Assembly (NCBI GenBank): GCA_963780865.1
Contig: CAWADT010000016.1
Span: 27,793-91,792 of the forward strand
Reading direction: 5' to 3'
DNA length: 64,000 bases
Source: an uncultured Chloroflexia bacterium
GTDB lineage: Bacteria > Chloroflexota > Anaerolineae > Anaerolineales > RBG-16-64-43
Position 1 is the stretch's first letter; each line of letters begins with the position of its first letter. Both the position numbers and the translations under genes were made by a program. Below are positions 1 to 9,882 of this stretch, piece by piece. The notes beneath the pieces are model-generated. The model was given only the letters and a program-made list of their open reading frames with translations, did not search any database and had not been told where the DNA came from.

Positions 1-1
1 G

Positions 2-481
2 CTCTACGCGCACATTTGGAATGAAGAGCGGAAAGCATTAACCCGGGCTGCGTTTTGGGGCGTGGGGAATGGATGGGCAGCCGCGGGGATAACCCGAGTT
101 ATCCGAGCCTTGCCGGAATCTCGGGCCCGGGAAAAGGAGACGCTGGTATCCCATGTGAGGGAAATAATAGATGGTTGTCTGGTTCATCAGCGCCCGGATG
201 GCTTGTTCCACAACGTGGTCGATCAACCGGACACTTTTATAGAAACCAATTTGGCGCAGATGCTGTCCTATTCCATCTATCGAGGCGTTGCTGGAGGGTG
301 GTTGCCTTCGGCCTATCTGGAACAAGCAGAAGGAATGCGTACAGCCGTTCATAAAAAGGTTGACTCTTCCGGTTACGTCCAGGGAGTGTGCGCCGCACCG
401 ACATTCGATCGGGCAGGTACGGCGCCCGAAGGACAGGCGTTCTTCTTGCTGATGGAAGCGGCAAGGCAAGAGTGTCGTTAA
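2..481 (+). CDS. Glycoside hydrolase family 88/105-like (unsaturated uronyl hydrolase), C-terminal part; 5' end outside window
   Basis: Frame 2 is open from the window edge to TAA 479-481 (LYAHIWNEERKALTRAAFWGVGNGWAAAG...HQRPDGLFHNVVD...). The W-G-x-G-N-G-W motif and overall pattern fit GH88/GH105 hydrolases (recognised from memory, no search run). Confidence 0.7.
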   Translation, partial: LYAHIWNEERKALTRAAFWGVGNGWAAAGITRVIRALPESRAREKETLVSHVREIIDGCLVHQRPDGLFHNVVDQPDTFIETNLAQMLSYSIYRGVAGGWLPSAYLEQAEGMRTAVHKKVDSSGYVQGVCAAPTFDRAGTAPEGQAFFLLMEAARQECR

Positions 482-549
482 TGAACAGCGGATAGTTCTA
501 TATTAATTGTAAACATTGGCCGAAAAGGAAATGCCCAATCCGCGAAGGT

Positions 550-584
550 ACAAGAAACCTCGCCTTGCGGCGAGGTTTCTTGTA
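550..584. terminator. Bidirectional stem-loop between two convergent genes
   Basis: Perfect hairpin ACAAGAAACCTCGCC-TTGC-GGCGAGGTTTCTTGT between the GH88/105 gene (+) and the RRM gene (-). Confidence 0.6.
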
Positions 585-595
585 CTGCCTGGTTA

Positions 596-862
596 TTATT
601 TCGCCGGGCGATCTACGCGCGGCTTGGCGATGTTGACTTTGAGCTCGTTCCCCGCCAGGGAGTAGGCGTTGTACTTGGCGATCGCCTTGTCTGCGTTTTC
701 CTGTGAGGTCATGGTGACAAAGGCAAAGCCCTTGGATTGACCAGTGTCCCGGTCCTTGACCAGATCGACCGAGGTGACTTCGCCAACCTGGGCGAACAGC
801 GCCTTGATTTCATCCTGGGTGGTCGACTTCGCCAGGTTGCCTACATAAATTCTGATGTCCAT
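596..862 (-). CDS. RRM-type RNA-binding protein (single RNA recognition motif)
   Basis: 88-aa ORF with RNP-2-like IYVGNL and RNP-1-like KGFAFVTM motifs, typical of bacterial Rbp proteins. Confidence 0.9.
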   Translation of the reverse strand: MDIRIYVGNLAKSTTQDEIKALFAQVGEVTSVDLVKDRDTGQSKGFAFVTMTSQENADKAIAKYNAYSLAGNELKVNIAKPRVDRPAK

Positions 863-1231
863 TGCTTACTTCTTTCTACGGCACGGCCGCGAATGGATTG
901 ACCGTCAGCCGATAAAGAAGTTGGCGGCCAAAGTACAACGGGAGATCGTCTTGCTCAACTACCCCTTAAGTGTAACACACATTCCGCCGGCACACCCGGC
1001 CTGTAAATCGGCGTCCGCTTTCTCTGCAACGGGTTGGGTTGGACGATTGGGTGGCGGCATCGTCGTTCCGGCGCCGGATAAAATGGAATACTTTCGAGGT
1101 TGAGCATACGATTTTTTTCCTATGGATTCCCACACCCGCTCCATATATAATAGTTATGCATCCCACGCTCGCCGGTTTTTCCCCGGCCGGAAATACGCAG
1201 GCCGGAATATCTCTTCCCCTGGAGGTGAGCC

Positions 1232-1996
1232 ATGAAAGATACTGTTCGGCAAGTGCTGGTCGTGCTTTCCGTCCTGGCCACGCTCGCGGTCAACTTCCTG
1301 TCCGAAGCCCTGCCCTTCAACGGGTTGAGCACGGCGAAAATCTCAGACACCTTCCACGTGTTTTTCGTTCCGGCCGGGTATGTGTTTTCCATCTGGGGCC
1401 TCATCTACATTGGGTTGATCGCCTATGCCGTTTATCCAGGCGCTGCCTTCCCAGCGCGAAAATCCCGTTTTGCGCCGGACGGTTATTCGGTGGTGGTCAG
1501 CGGACTGGCCAACATGGCCTGGCTATTCCTATGGCATTATCTGCAATTCCCGCTGACGCTGGTGGTCATGCTCGGGCTGCTGGCGGTGCTGATCGTCATC
1601 TACCTGGAGCTCGGAATCGGCCGGACGAAAGCCTCCGCCGCTGAAACCTGGGCGGTGCGCGTGCCGTTCAGCATCTATCTGGGATGGATCACCGTCGCCA
1701 CCATCGCCAACGTCACCGACGTCCTGTACTATTGGAATTGGAACGGGTTCGGAATTAGCGCGAGGAATTGGACGCTGGTCCTCTTTGCGGCGGTCCTCGT
1801 GATTGCAGGGCTCATGAGCCTCACCCGCCGGGACGTCGCCTACAACCTGGTCATCGTCTGGGCGCTGGTCGGGATCGCCGTGAAACAATCGGCGGCAAAG
1901 TCCATCGTGATCTCCTCCCTGGTCACGGCCGTCCTGGTGCTTGTCGTGCTGGTCTACAGCCTGTATCGCAAAGGATCGGCCAAAGTCGCATCCTGA
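1232..1996 (+). CDS. Trp-rich multi-pass membrane protein, TspO/MBR-related (tentative)
   Basis: 254-aa ORF with GGAGG 6 nt before the ATG and several hydrophobic segments. The N-terminal NFLSEALPFNG...PAGYVFSIWGLIY resembles TspO-like proteins. The product call is tentative. Confidence 0.55.
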   Translation: MKDTVRQVLVVLSVLATLAVNFLSEALPFNGLSTAKISDTFHVFFVPAGYVFSIWGLIYIGLIAYAVYPGAAFPARKSRFAPDGYSVVVSGLANMAWLFLWHYLQFPLTLVVMLGLLAVLIVIYLELGIGRTKASAAETWAVRVPFSIYLGWITVATIANVTDVLYYWNWNGFGISARNWTLVLFAAVLVIAGLMSLTRRDVAYNLVIVWALVGIAVKQSAAKSIVISSLVTAVLVLVVLVYSLYRKGSAKVAS

Positions 1997-2060
1997 TGGG
2001 CAAGATCTCAGTTAAATTGCCATTGATCGCTTGATGATTTCCTCCCGTTTGCTCGAATAA

Positions 2061-2100
2061 AAAAGCCCCTCCGAAGTCAGAGGGGCTTTTGATTCTTTTG
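2061..2100 (+). terminator. Rho-independent terminator
   Basis: AAAAGCCCCT-ccgaagtcag-AGGGGCTTTT followed by a T-rich tract, 65 nt after the stop at 1996. Confidence 0.6.
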
Positions 2101-2256
2101 TATTTACTCAGCCTGATTTCACTTTCTGGTACACCGAAACACCGAAAAGAGCCGAGAATACCGAATATATTATTTTTTTTAAAATCCGTGTAATTGGTTC
2201 TTCTCGGTGTAATCTGTGTACGCTTTTCCCGACCTGAGCGAATACGTTCTTTTTAT

Positions 2257-3297
2257 TTACTTGCTCAAGTACGCCTGCAAGGCTTCTTTTCCGATCCGGT
2301 AGGAAGTGCCGATCTTCTTGGCCTTGAGGTCGCCGCTGTTGATCAGCGCCATCACGTCATCCTCGCCCACTTTGAGGATGCTCGCCACATCCGACACGGT
2401 CATCACGTCGGACATCGCGGCGGCCGCGGCGCCGCCTACCACGCCCTGCCGGGACGCGCCCTGCTGCAACGCCTGGCCCATCACCTGGCCGATGCTCATC
2501 CCGGCGCCGATGCCGGCCGTGAGGCCCGCGCCGCCGCTTTGGTTCTGGGCCGCATCGCGCATGGCGTCGGCCGCCTGCAGCTGAGTATAGGTTGCCATAT
2601 CGAGCATTCCCATCGCGCGCAGTTCCTCGGCGCTTTTTTCGGAGGGTTTGAGGCTTTCGATGTAGAACGATTTCAGCGTCAGCCCGACGGCCTGGAAATC
2701 ATCCTGGGCTTTGGCGCGGACGCCCGCGCCGATTTCCTCGGTCATGCCGATCAGCGAGGGAACATCCTTCTTGGCGGCCGTCTCGCCGAGCAGATCCTGC
2801 AGTTTGGAAAGCAGGATCGCGCGCAGCCGTCCCTGAATGTCCGCCGTGGCGTAGGTGCCGGTGGTTCCCACGATCTGGGCGACGAACTGCTGCGGATTGG
2901 CCATCTGGAACGAGTAGGCGCCGAACCCCTGCATGAGCGCCACGCCCAGGCCCATGCCGGGATTGCGGATGATGATCGGCTGCGCCGTTCCCCATTTCTG
3001 ATCGGCGAATTCCTTCATCGAGACGAAATACACTTCCGCCGTGAAGGGGGTGCGATCGTTGAACGCCTTGCCGATCAGGTCCACGATCAGGGGAACGTTG
3101 GCGGTGGTGATGGTATGCCGTCCGGCGCGGAAGGTATCCAGCGCCTTGCCGTCGCGGAAGAAAACCGCGGCCTGCGCCTCGCGGACGATCACCTGCGAAC
3201 CGATCCGGAAATCCCCGAATCCGCTGTCGGGAAAACGATGAACGATCTCATCGCGCATTTCGTCCGGATATTCAACGACATCGAAAATTCTTGCCAT
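2257..3297 (-). CDS. SPFH/band-7 domain protein (YdjI/COG4260-like) with C-terminal excisionase-type helix-turn-helix
   Basis: The ORF track gives 2257..3333. An internal ATG at 3297 (MARIFDVVEYPDEM...) has GGGAGAG upstream and matches the usual N-terminus of this family. A Gly/Ala-rich linker is followed by MTVSDVASILKVGEDDVMALINSGDLKAKKIGTSYRIGKEALQAYL, an excisionase/MerR-like HTH. Confidence 0.8.
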   Translation of the reverse strand: MARIFDVVEYPDEMRDEIVHRFPDSGFGDFRIGSQVIVREAQAAVFFRDGKALDTFRAGRHTITTANVPLIVDLIGKAFNDRTPFTAEVYFVSMKEFADQKWGTAQPIIIRNPGMGLGVALMQGFGAYSFQMANPQQFVAQIVGTTGTYATADIQGRLRAILLSKLQDLLGETAAKKDVPSLIGMTEEIGAGVRAKAQDDFQAVGLTLKSFYIESLKPSEKSAEELRAMGMLDMATYTQLQAADAMRDAAQNQSGGAGLTAGIGAGMSIGQVMGQALQQGASRQGVVGGAAAAAMSDVMTVSDVASILKVGEDDVMALINSGDLKAKKIGTSYRIGKEALQAYLSK

Positions 3298-3332
3298 GTG
3301 TGTTCTCTCCCGGCGGGGAGCCCGTCCCCGCA

Positions 3333-3908
3333 TCAGATCGCCGGCCGCGGGGGCCGGAGGATGGAAGGTGCGATTATTGGCTGGCCGGGGGCGCTCGCGC
3401 CCAGGATCAATTCGTTGCGCCCCTGGAACGCGTCGAGCGCATCCTGCGCCAGCGCGGCGACGTTTCGGATTGCGGCGGGCAGCCCGTCGGATCCCATCGA
3501 GGCGGCCACGTTATCCACGGCGGCCGTCATTTGGGTCGCGCGGTCGACCAGCGCCGCATCGAACTGATAGAGCTTAACGAGTTCCGCCTCGTTGACCTTA
3601 ATGGCGTCGAAGAACCCCGCATACCCGTACGAGGCCGTGCGCACACGGTCGACCAACGTCCGCATTTTCACGGCGGCGGATTCGAGATCGTCAACCAACT
3701 CGATCGATCCCTGGTTGATCAAGTCCCGCTGGAGCCCCGAAATGCGCGACCATTGCTGTTCGAGCCGGGTGGCTACCGTCTCGCGAAGAAGTTTATCCGC
3801 GTCGCGTCGGGAATTGCGGTCCACATAGCCCTTGAATCCGGGGATGGCCGCGCCGATCTTTTCGATCAGATTCCTGCTATCGGTGATTTTCTGGAATAGG
3901 TCTGCCAT
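3333..3908 (-). CDS. Hypothetical helical protein, probably co-transcribed with the SPFH gene
   Basis: 191-aa ORF with AGGAGG 6 nt before the ATG. Its stop lies 35 nt before the SPFH start. I recognise no family. Confidence 0.7.
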   Translation of the reverse strand: MADLFQKITDSRNLIEKIGAAIPGFKGYVDRNSRRDADKLLRETVATRLEQQWSRISGLQRDLINQGSIELVDDLESAAVKMRTLVDRVRTASYGYAGFFDAIKVNEAELVKLYQFDAALVDRATQMTAAVDNVAASMGSDGLPAAIRNVAALAQDALDAFQGRNELILGASAPGQPIIAPSILRPPRPAI

Positions 3909-4244
3909 GCGAAACCTCCTGGCATGCTTTTTTTAGCCCGGTGGCGCTTGTCGTTCTATTATAGGCTTCTTCCCCTCCCGCGCAAGTTTTCCTTCGCGAC
4001 GGGAGCGGTGCCGGCGGCAAAGCGGTCCGGGCATCAATAACAATATACGCGGAAAGCATTAGAAAGGTGTCTGCGGGGAGGTTGAAAACCGGCACCAGAG
4101 AGGCAAAGACCGCGGTTCCATTCGGCGGAGAAAACCAGCTCAGCCCGAAAAAATGTTGGGCTCCGATGTTTCCCGGGCGGGGTGAAAGGCGAACGGTTCC
4201 GGCGGTCGCCCTCCGGCGTTCCTTCGCTTGTATATTTCCGCCGA

Positions 4245-5165
4245 TCACCAGGGTTTGGGAATCGGTTGTCTGCCGATTAACCGTCGGACGCGGTACCGAC
4301 GGGTGGGCCCGAGGGGAATGTTCTGGCTGGCGTCGGCAAGGAACACCTGCGCCAGTTGTCGGCCGCGGTCGATCAAGCTTCCACTTTGTGAGAAATCCCA
4401 AGGGCGGACCGATCCCGCATCGAGCGGAATGAAATGCACCCGGACGCCCGCGTGCCGGGCCCATTCCAACTGATTAGCCGTCAACTGGCCGATCATCGCC
4501 CCGATGGCAAATCCGGAAATGTTGATGATCCCGGATCCTTCCATCATGACAAAATCGCCCTGGATATTCAACGCCAGGATTTCATCGGCGCCGTACTCCA
4601 CCGCCACGCGCATTGGCAAATTGGCGGCAATCCCGCCGTCGAGATACCGCCGCGATCCGACTTTCCATGGCGGAAAATACGGGGGCATGGCGGAGGTGGC
4701 CATGGCCCCATCCAGCAGCTTATCGTCGCGCCGCTCCCCAAAAACCCGCACCAAGCCGGCGGGATATTCCACCGCCAGGGAAAATGCCCGCTCCCGCGTC
4801 CGGTCGAACACGTCGCCGAACGTTTCACACCCCGAAGGCAAATGCGAGGCGACGAATTCGGCGAGGGGTTCATTGGGGAACAAACTTTCCATCCCGGTGG
4901 CAAACCGGCGCGTGGCCGTGAAGATACTGGCCCCGCCCTGGGGAACGGGCCGCGCTTTGCGCCATAATTCCTGCAGCACCCGAACTCCCTCCAGCGTTGG
5001 ATCGGACGCCATCAAGATGGCGTTTAATCCGCCGGCCGAAGTGCCCACCCACAGGTCGGGATGAATCCCGGCCCGCATCAGCACCTCCAAAGCCCCGGCC
5101 TCGAGTGCGCCATAGTTCCCCCCGCCGCTCATGACCAATGGCAAGCATAGAATCCTCTCCGGCAA
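4245..5165 (-). CDS. Patatin-like phospholipase
   Basis: Oxyanion motif SGGGNYG, nucleophile elbow G-T-S-A-G and catalytic Asp motif YLDGG are all present in the 306-aa ORF. Confidence 0.85.
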   Translation of the reverse strand: MPERILCLPLVMSGGGNYGALEAGALEVLMRAGIHPDLWVGTSAGGLNAILMASDPTLEGVRVLQELWRKARPVPQGGASIFTATRRFATGMESLFPNEPLAEFVASHLPSGCETFGDVFDRTRERAFSLAVEYPAGLVRVFGERRDDKLLDGAMATSAMPPYFPPWKVGSRRYLDGGIAANLPMRVAVEYGADEILALNIQGDFVMMEGSGIINISGFAIGAMIGQLTANQLEWARHAGVRVHFIPLDAGSVRPWDFSQSGSLIDRGRQLAQVFLADASQNIPLGPTRRYRVRRLIGRQPIPKPW

Positions 5166-5269
5166 AAGAATACCACGCTATTGCAAAAAGGAATCACCGG
5201 GTTATCCGAGCGTTTCTCCGCCGGCCGAACGGCCCATTCCGGGACGGTTCCTTATTTTGCTATAATTCC

Positions 5270-6169
5270 ATGGGAAGGGGAGAGATCACTTTGCCGGGAC
5301 ATTTGTCCGTCGAACAGGATTTGCTCATCTTTGCAGGCGTCCTCGTGGCGATCGCCCTGCTCGTCGTTGCAGCGGGGGTGTTGCTGCTGCGCAGGGCGCC
5401 GCGGCAACCCTTCTTCCTGATCCGCCAGCAAACAGCGGCCGCCGGGTGGAGGTTGCTGATCGTCGCCGTCGCGATCCTGGCTCTGGCCAGCACTGTCCGG
5501 TTGTTCGGAGCGCACGTGGTGTTTCAAGTGATCACGCCCACCCCGTCGATCACGCTCACTCCCAGCGTCACCCTCACCCCGACCATCACCTTCACCCCTT
5601 CGCAGACGCCGCCGCCGACCATCACCCTGACCGCGACCCAAACCTTCACGCCGACGTCTTCGCCGACGCCGCTGGTTCCGTTCAACATCCAACAGCAATT
5701 CACCAGCAACGTAACCCCCGATCCGAAATTGGCGATCCACCCCCTGACCTTCGCCGAAGCGCTCACCAAAGACTACGAGCCCGTCCTCCCCGGCGAGGTT
5801 TTCTTCAACCCGATCCAGAAAATCGTCGGGCTATTCAATTATGAAAATGTCAATTTTGGAGTGCAGTGGACCGTGATTTGGCTCCGCGATGGAAGCCTGG
5901 CGTATTGGGAATCCTATCCTTGGAGCGGCGCCCCATCGGGGAAGGGAGCTGTCACCTGGAACACTTCGCCGAATTTCTTTTTTCCGGGGACGTATGAAGT
6001 GCAGATCTTCGCCGGCGGAGTATGGCAACAGACGGGACAATTCAATATCGTCGGCCCCGCTCCCCTGCCGACGGACACGGTCTCGCCAACGATTACTCGG
6101 CTGCCGCCTCCCTCCGCCACTCCCTCCGTTGCAAACACTCCGACCCTGACGATTACCGCCACCAAATAG
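5270..6169 (+). CDS. Membrane-anchored protein with Thr/Pro-rich linkers and an uncharacterised globular domain
   Basis: The ORF track gives 5138..6169. The ATG at 5270 avoids overlap with the patatin gene. One TM segment (LLIFAGVLVAIALLVVAAGVLLL) is followed by the repeats ITPTPSITLTPSVTLTPTITFTPSQTPPPTITLT. Confidence 0.65.
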   Translation: MGRGEITLPGHLSVEQDLLIFAGVLVAIALLVVAAGVLLLRRAPRQPFFLIRQQTAAAGWRLLIVAVAILALASTVRLFGAHVVFQVITPTPSITLTPSVTLTPTITFTPSQTPPPTITLTATQTFTPTSSPTPLVPFNIQQQFTSNVTPDPKLAIHPLTFAEALTKDYEPVLPGEVFFNPIQKIVGLFNYENVNFGVQWTVIWLRDGSLAYWESYPWSGAPSGKGAVTWNTSPNFFFPGTYEVQIFAGGVWQQTGQFNIVGPAPLPTDTVSPTITRLPPPSATPSVANTPTLTITATK

Positions 6170-6236
6170 CCGACCATAGACCGTGGACTTTGGACCATGG
6201 ACGATGGATCATTGTCGATGGTCGATGGTCCATGGC
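6169..6236. repeat. Short palindromic repeat cluster (GGACCATGG / ACCATAGACC family)
   Basis: CGACCATAGACCGTGGACTTTGGACCATGGACGATGG...CGATGGTCGATGGTCCATGG. The same motif family forms the pheS-pheT intergenic palindrome at 52294-52437. Confidence 0.6.
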
Positions 6237-6247
6237 CGTTTTTTCCC

Positions 6248-7190
6248 CTACATCATCTCTTCGTACAGACGTTCCAGCGTCAGATCGGGGATCACCGTAT
6301 GCTTGGACCGCAGGGTTAGCGAGGCGGCCGAGATACCAAGCTTCACCGCCTCGTCGATGGGGATGTCGTTGAGCACGGCGAAGAGCACGGTTGCCGTCAA
6401 CGCATCGCCGGCGCCGGTCGGATCGACGATGACGGTGCGCAAACCCGGGACGTGTCCCCGGCCTTCGCGCGTGGCGTAGGCTACGCCGAACTCCTCGAGG
6501 GATATCACCGCGATGCAAACTCCCCGAGCGACCAGTTCCTGCGCCGCCGCCACCGCCGCGGATGGATCATCACTGCGAATGCTACCGCCCGAGCAGGATT
6601 TCCGCTTCCCCGGCGTTGGGAGTGACGAGGAACAGATCGCGCAAATGGGGTGTCAATCGGGAGGCCAAATGCCTGGAGGTTGGATCGGCGCTGATCGGGA
6701 TGCCGGTCTTCCGCGCGAGGCGGATCGCTTCGGCGATGGTTTCCGGCGACAAATTCGCGTCCAGAAACACCATGCCCGCGGTTTGGAACAGGGCTTCCTC
6801 TCTTTTTAGGCATTCCGGCGTCAGGGCTTTCAGCGGCGTCATATCGTCTAGCGCCATGCGCAACCGGCCGCGGGAATCCACTACCGCAAGATACGCGCCG
6901 GTGGTTTGCCCGGCAAGCACTTGCATGTGGGAGACGTCCACTCCGGCTTCCTTTAACAGGTCCATCAGCCCGCGTCCCTGGGGATCGTCGCCCACCGCCG
7001 AGAGCAACGTGCAGGGTTGGCCGAGCCGCCCCAGATTCTCGGCAACGTTGCGGGCTACTCCTCCGAAAGCAAACCGGATGCTGGCCGGCATGGAGGTTCC
7101 CTCCTCCGGGTCGCCGCGCAGTCTGCCAACCATATCCAGCCCGGAGGTGCCAATCACCAGCACCGGCTTTTCAGTGTCCAGCTTTGGCAT
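6248..7190 (-). CDS. PfkB-family carbohydrate/nucleoside kinase, interrupted by an apparent 1-nt frameshift near 6588-6590
   Basis: Two ORFs (6582..7190 and 6248..6553) together make one ribokinase-like protein with N-terminal VIGTSGLDMV...FGGVARNVA and C-terminal DPTGAGDA. Removing one C from CCC 6588-6590 restores ...EAEILLGGSIRSDDPSAAVAAAQELV... Confidence 0.8.
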
Positions 7191-7372
7191 GGCGACGCTC
7201 CTTACACAATCATCCTACACCCCCCAACTCCGGACGGGGAAGCCTCGCACAAAGCTCTATGAATCCGGGTGGGGCGGAAACGATAGCGGCAATTTTATCC
7301 CGTTCCCGAAAAAATGGATTTTTGTAAGGGATCAGTCAATATTGTTAGGGGGTGCGGAAAAAATCGGGTTTT

Positions 7373-7506
7373 GTCATTGCGAGCGACCAAAGGGAGCGAA
7401 GTAATCTCCCAATGACAGACGTAAAAAACTCTCTACCAAGGGAATGGATAATTCTTTTGCCAATCAATAAACCGGATTGCTTCGTCGCTTCGCTCCTCGC
7501 AATGAC
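7373..7506. repeat. Imperfect inverted repeat (GTCATTGCGAGCG...CGCAATGAC element)
   Basis: Left arm GTCATTGCGAGCGACCAAAGGGAGCGAAGTAATC (7373-7406), right arm GATTGCTTCGTCGCTTCGCTCCTCGCAATGAC (7475-7506). It is intergenic. Confidence 0.6.
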
Positions 7507-7531
7507 TGGTTTAGACTTTTTCAGCACCCTG

Positions 7532-9071
7532 TTAGAAATTTTGGCGCGGGCGATACTGCAACGCCTCAGCCAGATGCGCGGGCGTGATATTTTCAGCGGC
7601 CGAGAGATCGCCGATCGTGCGCGCCACTTTCAGCACGCGGTGGAAAGCGCGGGCCGAGAGCTGCAGCTGCTGCATGGCCGCGCGCATCAGCGCGGAGCCG
7701 GCGTCGTCGAGGCGGCAGTAGCGGCGCACGTCGCCGGCGCGCATTTCCGCATTGCACGTGAGGCCGCTCCCGGCGAACCGCTCGCGGGCCCGCGCCCGGG
7801 CGGCTTCCACGCGGGCGCGCACAGCCGATGAGCTTCGCCCGGCTGCGGATCCGCGAGTTTTGCGAACTCCACCCGCGGCACCTCGACGTGAATGTCGATC
7901 CGGTCGAGCATCGGGCCGGAAATGCGCTTTTGATAGCGGGTGACCAGGGCCGGGGCGCAGGTGCAGGCGCGCACGGAATCGCCGGCGTAGCCGCACGGGC
8001 ACGGGTTCATCGCCGCCACCAGCATGAAGTTGGCCGGGAAGGTGAGCGAGCCGTGGGCGCGGGAAATGGTCACCACTTTGTCTTCCAGCGGCTGGCGCAG
8101 CACCTCCAGCACGCGCGTCCCGAATTCCGGGAACTCGTCCAGGAACAGCACGCCGCGATGGGCCAGGCTGATCTCGCCCGGCCGCGGCCAGTTGCCCCCG
8201 CCCGCCAGCCCGGCGTGCGAAATGGTGTGATGCGGCGCGCGGAACGGGCGGCGGCGGATCAGCGGGACATCCGGCGGGAGCTGGTCCGCTACCGAATAGA
8301 CGCGGGTGATATCCAGCGCCTCTTCGAGGGATAGCCGGGGGAGAATGGACGGCAGCGCCCGCGCCAGCAAGCGTCTTCCCCGCGCCCGGCGGGCCGATGA
8401 GCAATACGTTGTGTCCGCCGGCGGCGGCCACTTCCAGCGCGCGCTTGGCGTGTTCCTGCCCGCGGATTTCTTCCAGCGCGGTAAAGATCGTTCGGCCGTT
8501 GTCTTCTCCCGGCGTTTCTTCGTCGCTCAGGCTCAGCGCCTGGGCGGGCGAGAGCGGGCTTTCGCCGGTGAGGTGCCGGACGAGCGCGACGACATGGTCC
8601 ACCGGATACACTTCCAAATCCGGGATCAGCGCCGCCTCGCGCGCATCGCAGGCCGGGACGAACACCCTCTTCAACCCCAGACGCCGCGCGAGCGCCGTCA
8701 TCGGCAGCACGCCGCGCACGTGGCGGACCGAACCGTCCAGCGAAAGTTCGCCGACCATCAAGGTCTGGTCCAACGCCGTCGCCGGGAATTTGGCCGGAAG
8801 CAACCAGCAACCCGACGGCGATCGGAAGATCGTAGGCCGGGCCTTCCTTGCGCAGATCGGCCGGCGCCAGGTTGACGGTAACGCGCCGGTACGGAAACGA
8901 GAGGCCGGCGTTCTTCACCGCGGCCTGAACGCGTTCGCGGCTTTCCTGCACGGCGGTATCCGGCAGGCCGACAATAACAAACGACGGCATGCCGTTGGAT
9001 ACGTCCACTTCCGTTTGGACCACGGCGCCGTCGAGACCGATCACTGCACAGGATGAAACGCGAGCCAGCAT
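7532..9071 (-). pseudogene. comM: YifB/ComM-family Mg-chelatase-like AAA+ ATPase, broken by three frameshifts
   Basis: N-terminal part in ORF 8289..9071 ([15 protein letters not shown]...[16 protein letters not shown]). Middle part in ORF 7532..8803 ([15 protein letters not shown]...[11 protein letters not shown]). ATPase core in ORF 7687..8370 ([11 protein letters not shown]...LFLDEFPEF...). C-terminus again in the frame of 7532..8803 ([13 protein letters not shown]...ITPAHLAEALQYRP). The shifts are near 8774-8780, 8369-8374 and 7833-7836. Confidence 0.85.
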
Positions 9072-9251
9072 AGTCTCCCCCTTGGAGCGAAAGTTCAGCG
9101 GCAGTGTAGTCCGCGCCGGTAGTGCATGTCAAGCCGAACGCAAGCCGATTGTCTTCATTATAAATAAACAACCGTCCCGGACCGCTTGCAGCAAACGCCG
9201 AAGCTCCGGCGCCTTTCCAACGGAAGAAGACTATGCTTAAATGAAGGCGCC

Positions 9252-9677
9252 ATGGTACGCGTCACTTCCGCAATCTCCATCCCCGAAGGGGAACTTGAAT
9301 TCGAATTCCTGCGCGCATCCGGGCCGGGCGGCCAGAACGTGAACAAGGTCGCTACGGCGGTGCAGCTGCGGTTCGATGTTTTCCGCTCCCCGTCGCTGCC
9401 GGAGGACGTCCGCCGGAGGTTAATCCGGCTGGCGGGCAAGCGGATATCGAAAGACGGGATCCTCCTGCTCCAGGGACGGCGCTTCCGCACGCAGGAACAA
9501 AATCGCGCCGATACGGTCGAGCGGCTGCGTGAGCTGATCGCCCGCGCCGCGGTCGCGCCCAAACGGCGGACGCCGACCCGTCCGACCAAAGGCTCCCGGG
9601 AACGCCGTTTGCAAAGCAAGCGCCGCATCGCCGAACGAAAAACCTCGCGCCGCAAAGGGCAACCGGGAGAAGACTAG
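9252..9677 (+). CDS. arfB: Alternative ribosome-rescue factor ArfB (peptidyl-tRNA hydrolase, GGQ domain)
   Basis: ATG at 9252 (MVRVTSAISIPEGELEFEFLRASGPGGQNVNKV...), a GGQ motif and a basic C-terminal tail (KRRTPTRPTKGSRERRLQSKRR). Confidence 0.85.
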   Translation: MVRVTSAISIPEGELEFEFLRASGPGGQNVNKVATAVQLRFDVFRSPSLPEDVRRRLIRLAGKRISKDGILLLQGRRFRTQEQNRADTVERLRELIARAAVAPKRRTPTRPTKGSRERRLQSKRRIAERKTSRRKGQPGED

Positions 9678-9882
9678 CATTTTAGGGACACTCTCCCAAA
9701 CCGGAAATTGAATGCCGCGCATCATGGCACCCTCTCCCGCCGCATGCTGATTGCCCGCGAGGACGGAATAGCAAATATTCTCATTCCTACATAGTCTCCG
9801 GGAAGGTGCGGTTGTTTTCACTTCATTTTCCGCGTGACCGGGTAAGCGCAAAGTCTGAGGGTTGAGGTTTATAATATCCCGC

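Noticed and set aside
2194-3567. 457-aa ORF antisense to the SPFH gene, and similar long antisense ORFs (9823..11007, 18392..19630, 29152..30297, 39810..41603, 58642..60294)
   Set aside because: They overlap clearly homologous genes on the other strand, have an Arg/Gly/His/Pro-rich composition and lack recognisable motifs. They reflect stop-codon scarcity in high-GC DNA.
4245-5165. Patatin-like phospholipase as a possible effector of a CBASS or other defence system
   Set aside because: No cyclase/nucleotidyltransferase, sensor or other defence-associated gene is adjacent. The neighbours are an SPFH operon and a TP-rich membrane protein, so I treat it as a stand-alone lipase.
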